Shown here: positions 25,901 through 37,900 of the stretch, piece by piece | Numbering within the stretch: the first letter of the stretch is position 1 | How the letters are laid out: the number at the start of each line of letters is the position of its first letter | Origin: Botryllus schlosseri | Lineage: Eukaryota | DNA length: 64,000 nt | Direction: 5' to 3' | NCBI GenBank assembly: GCA_051294905.1 | Contig: CM119372.1 | Location: 6,140,001 to 6,204,000, forward strand | The notes under the pieces: model-generated | The model's input: only the letters and a program-made list of their open reading frames with translations | What the model was told of the DNA's origin: nothing | Databases searched by the model: none | Made by a program: the position numbers and the translations under genes

Positions 25901-28900
25901 AAAGTATTCAAAAATTTCTCGAAATATCCAGCTTTCCGTTTGTGAATATTTAGTGACTCTCTGCTGTGAGCTTGACCAGCAATCACATAACATCACGAGC
26001 GATATACGTAGTCAGCGAATGATGCTTATTCAACCAATCAATGACATTGAAATCGTTTTTTGATGTAAAAAATCGATCGGGCGTACGGGGTCAATCTCGA
26101 CTTCATATCTTACTGTATCAATAAAACCAAATCCGTGCGATTAAGGTGCTGGCTACTGCTATATAACTTGTTGTTTATTATATCGGTAGCGAGTATAGAA
26201 CCCCGTTTTACACTCTGCTCAATATCAATGTAGCAATACTCAGATTCCGGACACATTGTCTGGTCTGGCTAAGACCGTTAAGGCGTAAGCTTATATTCCC
26301 TGTAAGTCCTCGTCGAAATTGTTGGCAAAGCGATGGAATGTAGTGATTTTTGGAGATCATTATATCCTTTGATAACCGCGGTTGATACATTTAGCGACGT
26401 TTAAAACGCCAATATGTACTTCAGCAATGCTACATTATGTGGCCCGAGTCTTCGCTGGGTATCGTGTACATTAATATAGGCTATCACGTCATTGAAAGAT
26501 AGGGATGGAATTAGCAACATGACGTCACGAGGTTCACGTTCGTGTTCACACAGAACCTTTCAAAAAGGTTCGCGTTCACACGAACCCGAACCTTTCAGAG
26601 GTTCACACCATCCCTAGCCTGTATGACAATGCTGTTCTCAAATTCACCTTGTCTTCGTCATTACCGGCGAGAAATGGCTTTGAAGTGACGTTGCTGTCGT
26701 TAAATACATTCATTAAATACGATTTACACCTTGTATATGTGGCTAAATGGGCGAATTCATCGATTCAGCAATCCGGCCCGCCAAGTACATAATTTTCCTA
26801 TATCGGGCCCGCCGGCTGGAGAAGTTGCCCGCCCCTGCTATACAGCGTCCTCGTATATAATGCAAGTCTGATGAGGATTTACTCATATAATATTATTTAT
26901 TGTAATAATACTTAGAATTACTTGTAAACTGGTACATGTGAATGCGCCTATTCATCATCTGGTAATATTCCACAAAATGCCGGTGGAAGATTGTAATTCC
27001 TGTTTGATTTTTGTCATATTCATCAAAAGTTAATATCAGATGAATATTTGTCAATTCTCAACGCATCGTTTAGGCAGGGCTGTGGGGTCGGTAGAATTTA
27101 CCACCGACTCCGGACATCTTCATTATATCAACTGCAGGTCCGACTCCGACTCCACACATTTAATATACCGACTCCGACTCCGATTGCATTACCAATTTCC
27201 TTCGAAAATGATGTGCCACAGTGACGATTAATGACCATCCCCATATCATATAACCATTAAACATACGCAAACATACGATTAACCATGGCATGCAAAATTG
27301 TTTCATTGGGGCACAGAATTATTCATTATGCAATTAACCTGGAAGAATGCCTTTCTAAATATCCTTCCTTTTTATTTTATATGTTTTTATACCATAGACT
27401 CTCTGATACCTTAATAAGTTTGAATCATTCAATGATGACATAGATCCAATCCTGTATCATTAAAATGTAGATAAAACAATCGAAGTGTAGCTCTTGTGTA
27501 TGAGTCAGCAACTAATACAGAGATGTAGCTTACTAATTTTCTCATTACACACTATACTGATTACAATCACACACAATCTCATTACTAGAAAACATAGGTC
27601 AAAAACGAAATTTAGAAAACAGTCAAATAGCTTAAGTCCCTTCATGCACTTAGTCAAGTATTCAAGGTATAGGACTTGCACTCTTTCTCAATCATTTGTT
27701 CGACCTAAGCAGCTGAGCTACACTGCAAATATTTTTAATTTTGTCAAGTGGGAAGCAGCGTTTGGTTCTATTTACATCAATTGAACAATTTTGCAAAATC
27801 ACACGATGTATTCAATCTGTCACAGTATCATGGTATAATTCCAAATATTTAATCAATTTGTGACTGCATCGCGAGGATGCTTATTGCGATTTTCTTCCTT
27901 TGTGTCAGTGGTTCTCAACCGGGGTTCCGCGGACCCTGGGGTCCGTGAAGCATTTCTAGGGGGTCCGCGAAGCCTCTAAATTTGTAAAATGAATGACAAC
28001 CTGATTATTATATTTTTTTAAAAATATGTTTGTCAAATTGCCAATAGCTTGCTGATGCAACATGTTGCTGTTTAGAGTTGTTTTGTTGGGTTTTGTGAAA
28101 AAAACGAAATGTTGGAGATCGAACAGGGTGACTTCGAAATGTTTGCAAAACATTTTGCGATGTGGAGTTGTCAGTCTCAGCAAATTAGTCAACTGTCGTT
28201 TGAAATAGAAATTTCTGAATTTTTTTCCGAATCCGTTCCAATGAAGGAATTGAATGCTCGCCTCGAAATCCATTTTCTCCTGTTATAAAGTCACTATATA
28301 ACTTCAATATGAGATGAGAGATAGAAATGAATATAGGCTGGACGTGATATGTTCATTGAAATCTCACACCAAAAGCTGTCGTCGGAAGCGTTTCGCGTTA
28401 ATATTACATTCGCCACCAATATATCTTTGTGGAAATGAATTTTCGGCACTCATCAATATCAAATCGATCAAATCAATATCAAATCAATTCAACTTGCACA
28501 AGTCGCACTACCAACTATTTCCTATGTGAATGCGATCTATCTTTCTCCCCAAAGAGAACGAGCAATGAGTTCAATTGCTCGGGTATGTCAATAGAATTGA
28601 AGGTTCCCCCTCGAAATGAATAAGGAACTGGTATATGATTTAAGACTGAGGGCCTGCGACCTATGTAAAGCAGGTTACTAATCAATTATATCTTTGATGT
28701 AGACACTGACGAATGTGACTTGGCCACGCATAATTGCTCCAACAACGCAACATGCAACAACACAAGTCCGGGTTTCGATTGTACGTGTAACACTGGGTAC
28801 ACCGGGGATGGAACTTACTGCGAAGGTAAGCCGTGGTGACATGGGCCATATTTATTATAGAATCCTTGTCTTTAGGACACGTCAGGTGAGTCCTTGCTGA

Positions 28901-31900
28901 CATAATAATTACTACAATAATACTAAAAATTACCCAAGTAAACTGGCAAATGTAGAGTGAATGGTAATATTCCACAAAAAGCCGATGGAAGACTGTAATT
29001 CAATCTTCCCCAAACAGAACGATCGTGAAGTTCAATTGCGCGGGTATGTCATTGGAATTGTAGGTTCCCCCTCAAAATTAACAAGGAAGTGTTAATTGAT
29101 TTCAGGCTGAGGGCCTGAAACCTTCATAGAGCAGGTTACTAATCAATTATATCTGTGATGTATACTCGACACCATATAGGACACTATGCTAGTACAGCAA
29201 AGCCCGAAAGATTAGATCTAAATAGAGGATACAATAATAAATCCCCGGTTAACAAATATCGATGTCGCAGTCTTAATTAGAATGCGTATTTACTGACGCC
29301 TCCCCAGTTACACCGATAAGTTGAATTGGTGATTCCGATGTCATTTCTGTAATCGCTATTGTTTGATATGAAGACTAGGCCAATAGTTTTGAGCAAACAC
29401 TAGACTTGGTTATTTACATAATAATGTATATACAGAAGATCGATTCTTTTTCAAGAAACTTCAAGGTAACGTCCGGTGTTTCACTGAACTCCGTTGATAG
29501 GATTTCGATGTCATAAATGTAGACGGCATTGTTTGATTCAAATATATCGAGCTTTCTCAAGCAACTCGTATATTTACTTTGAGGTCTTGATTGGCCTCAT
29601 ATTCTTATCTCATCACAGCCTTGTTAAAGATGCTTGAGATATCGTATATTTCGTCTCCATGCACACCATGAAAGTTGTGAAGCTCGATACAAAATGCTAT
29701 TAAGCATCAAGTACTCAGCGATACAATTAGGGTTGCATATAAAACAAAATTTATTTCAAAGCAAACTTGTTTAAACATGGACCTTGTTTAAAACATTCAT
29801 TTTATTGTTTTTTCTTTCTTTTCACCATTACGCCACGAATATGCAATTATGACATCAAAACGGATTATCATTTTTCTATGGCTCCTTATGAATTACAAAT
29901 GAAAATACAGGGAAATATCAGACAAATTTGACTATGACATCAAACCGATTTTTGCAATAGGCCCATAGCTGGGGTGTGCACATCATTAATGATTAAACCA
30001 TGTTGTCGTATAGTATAATCAATACACTCGACTTGGGATTGCACAAATACATAATACCTACAGAATATCGATTATTTGTCATGAAATACGGCGAATATTA
30101 CATCCGTTAAACCAGGGCTCGGCAACCATTTATTGATCTGCGGAGTGGTTTCAAAATGAATTTTCATGGCGGACCGGTCTTCAAAAAACAATAACAATTG
30201 ACACTGAAAAAATTGATTGCAGCTCATAGACTTATGATGTAACTATAAGGTATGTGCCGTAAGGCAGTAACATACATGTTTTCATTAAAGGGAGTTACTG
30301 GATTTCTTGTTAATGTTCATCACTAACCTTGACTGTTATGAAAAACTATATGAACTTTTCGCTGACCGGTATGGAAATCAGAATGGAACCATATTTTGAG
30401 AACAATTGGTGGTGTAATGTAAAGTAAATTGACCAGATTTAATCTGTTCACCCCTTACGGACTGGGTTGAGTCCACGTCGTTGTTTAGTTATGATTGACT
30501 GAGTGTTTCAACATTTTCGCCCTCTATCTGCACATTAGTGCAATCGCCCTGTGGTATTTTCAGACCCTGTCTCTCCAAACCGTCCCGAGGGGCATATGGT
30601 TCACTTTGAGTAGCATCGGATTAGACTTTGATGTCTACTCTATAATTGATGGAAAGGGTCCAATTTTATGAATTTTTAAAATGAGATATAAATTTCAGAA
30701 ATATTTGGTGGACCGACAGTAAAGTAGCGACGGACCGCCGGTTGAGAAAAACTGAGTTAAATTAAAAGCAGTAGAAGAGACAGACCGCTCGGAATTACCG
30801 ACGGAATGCGTACCCTATCGCACATGCCATGATGCGTCAAAACTGGATGTTGGGGCGGCGGCTCGAAAGCTCGTGTACAATATAAATTATAATTAGAAAG
30901 TAGAATAATATGTACTATGTTGAGAGCTACCAGGTTCTTATCTGATTTCAAACTATATCTATTTACGAGAATGTCTCAGCACAATGATTCGCGTATACTC
31001 TAATTTGCATCGAGTATAAATTTTAATGATTCGAGTCGCTAGAGTTAATTTATCGACGACAGATTTTATCTTCCACCGTGGAAGGCTGTGAACCCCAATT
31101 GGTCGTATCATAGCATACGAATCCCATAGACAATAGGCATAGTACAAAGCTCCGCACGTTTGTGGAACAGACTTGTATAAACTACTGGATTTTCAAAAAG
31201 CGCAACGAGAACTAGAATTAGAACTACCCGATTTTCAAAATCCGCAACTAGAACTAGAACTAACCAATTTTAAAAACCCGCAACTAGAATAAGAACTACA
31301 ACTACTCAATTTTCAAAATCAGCAACTAGAACTTGAGGTAGAACTACCGTTAGTTACATGACCACCAACTAACTAAATGGGTAGTTTGTACAAGTCTGCC
31401 CGACTAGCCTTACTGGTAGTCATGCAGATTACAACACATATGCTATGCACAGTGCACACATGTGGTAGACTTTTTGTTTTGTGACTAACTGAAAATTAGG
31501 GTTTCCCGAAGGCTTGTAGATTAGCCTAGGGCAGACCTGAGCACTTTACGGCCAGCGAGCTAAATAATAGAAGAAAAATAATATCTGTCCTAAAAGACCC
31601 TACTTCATGTTGATTCACCTTCGAGCTTTTTTCATTTTGAAAACTTTTGTTTCACTTTTTGCAAGAAACATGGTTATAATAATGCGCAACAAATCATTTA
31701 GCGTGTCATGAAAAATCATCTTGCATGCCACTGTTGGCACCGTGCCAGGGGTAGCCGATCCTTGGCGTAATGATGGATTAATTTAAGTCGGGATTTTGAC
31801 ACAAGCACACAGTCATTCGACTGAGGCTGCAAGAAGACGAATTCGGAAAACCTGGCAGCGTAATTACCAAAACAATAGGACGATTTTACCAAGCTACACG

Positions 31901-34900
31901 CTACTCGGGATAGCGACCAAGCTGTATCATCCCATACATTTTGGTGTCTTAATAGAAGGACGAGTCTAGGGGTTGGTGTTATTAAAAAGAGTTAACAACG
32001 TTTCTTGTTTACTATTGTTCTGAATAATTACGTGGGATGAATACTAATTTTGTACTTTAACTCCAACTTCTTGGTTGCCCAATAGTTACACATCCACCCA
32101 GAAGCTTGTGTTAACCACGTAATTCAATGCTTTCTATTTATAAATTATTAGAAATTAATACACCGCAGAATACAGTGCAAACTTTTGAATTAGCTCGCCA
32201 ACGTATTTCCTGCCTGTCATTCTCAGAAAAATAGTTGTCCATCTGTGACTTAGGGGTTCCCAAGTCATTAAAGGTTGAGAACCGTACAGAACTGGATTTC
32301 ATTCTCCTAGTCAACACATTAATTTTTATTTTATCGGGAATATCAGACATTGAATCGACATTTCAAAAAAAAACGGGGTTTCGAGTTTGAAACGGTAGAG
32401 GTTCTGACCCAGTGGCGGCTCGTCCTATAGGGCAACTGGGGCATTGCCCCACCTAAAATTCTGTTCAATAACAATTTAACCATTTATAGACGCACAGCAA
32501 TCAGTATATACCGAGATCACGGCGAAACCCGCATTATTCTTGTGCTTTCGCTAACAAATGCCCATACATAGCGAAGTCTCTGCGAAAATCGAATTCTCTT
32601 CTGTGTTTTCGCTTTGTGAATGCCTAGCCGGGGCTTGCCCCGGTAGCGCTCATAACAAGCTTTCACTATCTATTCTCTCAAAGCCGCTCACAATAAAGAA
32701 ACGGTGATTTACTCTCTCCTATTCGTAAAATGGCCGAGCAAGTGGGGCAACTATGCCTGTCGCCCTTAAGGTGTGATGTAACAATCGTATCTATATCTGA
32801 ACTCGGTTACCGTGATATGCGTTGACTCGACCTTTGCTGGTATATGTCGATTTTGACGGTGTTTCGCACCATGATAATTCTTGAAACTTGGTACGATATG
32901 TCGTGAAGGTAGTATTTAGCACTGCTCCAAGTTTCAGGCTTGCTACTCAAAGATAAGGGTGGTAATTTCGTTTCCGAAGTTCAGTGTGTGCTGATCTATC
33001 ATGTACATTGTACAGCAAACAGATTTTACTCAAAAGCCGGTATTGGTCTCCATTGATTTTGACGATGTTCCATACCGAGATCGGTCATGATATTTGGCAC
33101 AGTAAGTCTTAATGTTAGTATCGACCGCTGTAATAAGTTTTAAGTTTGTCACTGAACTATGTGGGTGGTAATTAGGGCTGGGCACAATGATTCGAGTACT
33201 CGAATCTGAATCGAGTATTAATTTTGATGATTCGAGTCGAGTAGTAAAAGACGATTTTTTCGAGTATTGAAATTATACGTCTTTCACCACTGAAAGGTAA
33301 TTTATCAACGAGAATGATTTATAGATCTGATACTATTTTCCACCAAGCCTTGAAACCTTGATTGGTAGTATCGTAGCATACGAAACATATGGTACAAAGC
33401 TACGAAGGTTAGTGGACGTATCACATTTCTGAAGTCATGATTATCCCACAATTGTCACTAAGCGGAATGAAATCGGTATGGTCGAAAAAATACCCAAGTA
33501 TATCTTTTATGAGATGGATAACTGGAATTATATTCTTTCTGGTGGCATAAACGGTACATTTTTGAACTTTGACGTATTACATTCTGTAATGACGTCATAA
33601 GGAGTGATACTCGATTACTCGACTCGACTCGAAGTATATTTCGTGATTCAGAATCGAATCACTCAGTTACTCGATTTTGCCCAGCCCTAGTGGTAATTTC
33701 GTTTCCAAAGTCGAGTGAGAGCTGACTCTTCATTTATCGCTAACAAATTTACGCAAAAGCCGTTATTGGTCTCTATTGATTTTAACGATGTTCCATACCT
33801 AGATCTGTCATGAGCTTTTGCACGGTATGTATTGATTTTAGTATCGAACGCGGTGCCAAGTCTTAAAGTTGACGCTCAATGATTGAGGCAGTTATTTCGT
33901 TTTCGAGGTCGAGTATGGTAGAGATGCGCGCTGATCTGATACTTAGCCTACCTACATCATTGCGGATCTCACGGAAAAGCCGGTGTCTGTCTGTGCTAAT
34001 CTAGTCTGCGTTCCATAACGAGATCGGTGATGATATTTCCAATGGTATATCTCGATGATCGCATGAAACAGCTAACTAAGATTCTCGGTTTGCATTCAAA
34101 TATTCACATAATTTTATGTTCGCCAATGTGCATTTCACTGTGAAATTGTGGCCTTCAAACCATTTGCTTACAATCCCCTGTCAAATGCGATAGCTATTTC
34201 ATTTTCGATGTCGGCTAACAGCTGATCATTCGATCAGCCTATTCCTCGATCTATTTTACTCAAAGTTCGGTGTTCGTCTGTTTGTATTGATTTTGACAGT
34301 GTACCATGCCGGAATGGGTTATGAGATTGCGAATGCTACTTCTCGATGATTTCATGTAACAGTATGCTAAGTTTACGGCTTTCATTCATGTATTTATTGA
34401 TTAATATATTTTCCAACGGCGATTTGGCAGCAGACAGTAAGCCGTATGTGTTGCGTCACAATCTCCAGTTTCAAGGCCAAAATGTACTATGTTGTTCCGA
34501 GACCGAAGTTCCGAGGCTGCTGTCCTTAGTTCTTCAAAGACCATTCAAATTGATGTTCTGGATTCAATATGACAGGCCCAATCTATGAGATAACAATTGC
34601 GTGTGTGTCCGAAGTCGTTGACCTTTGCAGTTAGGCTTACGCAATCTCTCGAGTTCTAGTCATTGGAATTAGTCTGGTCAAGTCAAGTGCGAACATGAAT
34701 CGTATTGAATCTTTGCTCCGTACGTAGGCTAGTTTACGCAGTTGCCTTTAGAGCGAAAATTAAAGGTCTAGAAGACTACTCCTTGTCGCTTCGACATATT
34801 CCTGTCTTTTCATTGTATCGCATTTTTGTGGTGTATTGAACTGATAAAATTGCTAATAAACCAATGATGATGATGATAGAAATTGTCCAGTCCATTGATC

Positions 34901-37900
34901 CAATCGTACGCCGGGTACCTCCGCTTTGGTTGCCTATCACCTGGTCGTAACTCGTAACCACCAGCTCAGTGGTCGTAACACACCAGGATCGTGTACGAAA
35001 CACTTTCGGACGGCCTATCGATTTGCGTAATCTCTAACTCTACCATGAAATCATAACGCATGCCACTAAGGATGACCTGATAATTGATTCGTGGCATAGG
35101 GACGATTCTTAGTTCACGTACATTATGTAAAATAATCCTTTGATTAAAAAAAAATGAATAAAACATTTGTTACCACACTTCAAGTCACGGCTCACCGGCA
35201 AACCTCTCGCGGCACCTACGTTAAAATCACTGTTGTCGGGAAATTCATGTGACCATCATATTAAAGTTACTTTTTTACGTTGGAAAACGCCATTGTGACG
35301 TCATGTTGATAAAAGTCGCTCGCAGCCCTTGCCCCACCACCCGATATTGTCACGAGCCGCCACTGTTCTGACCCCAAAAAGCCACCCGCAGGCTACGTCA
35401 CTGTTAGCAATCATGGCTCTGAGCAAGCAATGACTGCACAAACATCATTCAACAGAACACCGGCATTTCATTTCGCCCAAAACGACGACACGTGTATTCT
35501 AGTTGTTCGGCAACTAATAATTTCTCAAATGTGCAACTAGAACTAGAACTACTGAATTTTCAAAATCTGCAACTACAACTAGAACTAGAACCACTCAATT
35601 TTCAAAATCCGCAACTAGAACTAGAACTATAACTATTCAATTCTCAAAGTCAGCAACTAGAATTAGAACTAGAACTACTCAAAAACCGTTAGTTATAGTT
35701 GACTATCAACTAAATAAATGGTTAGTTTGTACAATTCTGTTGTGGAAATGACATATCTGTAAGGTTGTGATCAATCCACGGCATTGTCACAAAGTTGAAT
35801 GAAACAGTTTTGGTCGAAGAAATAACCAAATAATATTTAACTTGATGCAGGACAGGCATTATATTCTCTGCGGTCGCACAACCGGTACATGTTTGACATT
35901 TTCACGTCATTTGTATTAATAAGTGGTACTCGAATACTCATTCTGACTCGAAGCCCACTTCTCGATTCAGAATCTAATAACTCCCGTACTCGATATTGCC
36001 CGGCCCTGATAATGAGTAGGTATTTGATGGCAATGCTATCGGCTGCGTCCGATCTGGACTGTAAATGAGTGATAAGTGGCGGAAATTATCACTATTCTCA
36101 CTTTCCACCACAGATAGTGCTGAGACTGCCACAAAGATATCGAATACTTATAATCATTCCACAATATTTCGTAATTCTGCCGCTTCTACTGCGAGACCAT
36201 TACGTATGTTTCACTGTGACTCCTACACTAAGAATTTTATTCATAATTGCTAGTTACCTGTATAGTTCACCGATCCATCCTTTACGAAATGCTTTGCCCC
36301 ATACATAGGCTATATACGCCATTATTTAGTGTGGGACGTCCATCCAATAAGTTGTGGAAATTGTTACGATCCTCACTTTCAGCCACGGATAGTTCTGAGA
36401 CTGCCACAAAAACATCGGATACTTATGATTAGGGATGGTGTGAACCTCTGAAAGGTTCAGGTTCGTGTGAACGCGAACCTTTTTGAAAGGTTCTGTGTGA
36501 ACACGAACGTGAACTTCATGACGTCACGTGACGTCATATTGCTAATTCCAACTCTATCCTTCAATGAAATGATAGCCTATATTAATGTACACGATACCTG
36601 GTGACGACTCAGGCAACATAACATCATAATGCTGAAGTATATATTGACGTTTTAAACGTCGCCAAATATATCAACTGGGGCAATCAAATGATATAATAAT
36701 AGCATAAAATCAATATCTTCCAACAATTTCGACGAGGGCTTACCAGGGAATCTAAGGAAAGGAAAGTGAATTTTTGTCTTTGATGTTTTTGCAGCATATA
36801 CACCGAATCATGATATACATACACACGATCTGCGCATATGCATACCATGATCACATGATGTGCATATGCCGCCGGGCAAGGAAGATGCAGATATAGCCTT
36901 GTAGCAGTGTTGGGATGGCTCGAGTCATGACTTGACTCCAATCAGACTCGAATCACCTTTTTCGTATGACAGACCGGAAAATGTATTCGGCATCCGAGTA
37001 TTGCTACATTTATATTGATCATAGGGTGAACCGGGTAGCTATGCTTGCTACTGATATTACCCCATTTACAAGATATAGAGCAATAGCCAACACCTCAATT
37101 GCACCGATTTGGTTTTAATGGTTTTACATGAAGTCAAGATTGACCCCGTGCGCCTGCGAGATTTTTTACATCAGAAAACGATATCAATCTCATTGATTGG
37201 TCGACTAAGCATCATTCGCTGACTACATAGCTTATTTCTCTCGTGATGTTTTGTGATTGCGGGTCAAGCTCGCAGCAGAGAGTCACTAGATATTTACAAA
37301 CGGAATGCTGGATCTTTCGAGCAAACTTTTGCAACAAAGCAAGTAAAACTTTTGAGATTGTCAAGGTGCATGCTCGTTTAGTGTTGACTATTTTATGCTG
37401 CCAGCGCCATGCATGGAGTGGCCTGCGGTTGAAATGCAATAAATTTGAACCAACGATGTTATAATGAAGTGAAAATTGTTATATATGAAAAAGGTTCACA
37501 GTGCAGAACCTACCAAGGTTCTGTTGTGAACGCGAACCTCTAAATTTCCGAGGTTCACACACAGAACGCGAACGTGAACCTCGCGTTCACACCATCCCTA
37601 CTTATGATCCTTCCACAACATTCCTTAGTTCTGCCGCTTCTACTGCGACACCTACAGGTATGTTCCACTGAGAGTACACTAAGATTTTTTTAATAATTGT
37701 TAATTACCTGTCTAGTTCACCATTGCATCTTTTACGAAATGCGTTGTCCCATACATATATAGCATGCGCCACTCTTTGGTGATGGACGTCCATCCCATAA
37801 GTTGCGGAAATTTTTACTGTCCTCACTTTCAGCCGCAGATAGTTCGGAGACTGCCACAAAAACATCGAATACTTATGATCCTTCCACAACATTCCGTAGT

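Larger units (their letters stand above)
21506..29162 (+). repeat. Intragenic tandem duplication: about 2.6-kb unit (3' part of exon 3, 2 cbEGF exons, hAT remnants), present as two full units and a truncated third
   Basis: Units start at 21506, 24117 and 28485. Unit 2 is lengthened by an insertion at 24945-26837. Unit 3 ends at the acceptor of what would be cbEGF 6. Confidence 0.9.
31168..35739. mobile_element. Composite hAT-like unit (4572 bp) with ACTAGA-repeat ends and internal cargo
   Basis: TIR CAGACTTGTATAAACTAC and GTTAGTTTGTACAATTCTG; perfect TSD TTGTGGAA (31160-31167 and 35740-35747); splits a host MITE; an extra right end lies inside at 31398. Confidence 0.78.

Noticed and set aside
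29436..29465. 30-nt phase-1 micro-exon (EDRFFFKKLQ)
   Set aside because: AG/GT and phase fit, but the pyrimidine tract is poor and there is no paralogous or domain support.
30564..30657. Candidate exon TLSLQTVPRGIWFTLSSIGLDFDVYSIIDGK
   Set aside because: Open only in phase 0, incompatible with the flanking phase-1 exons; weak donor.
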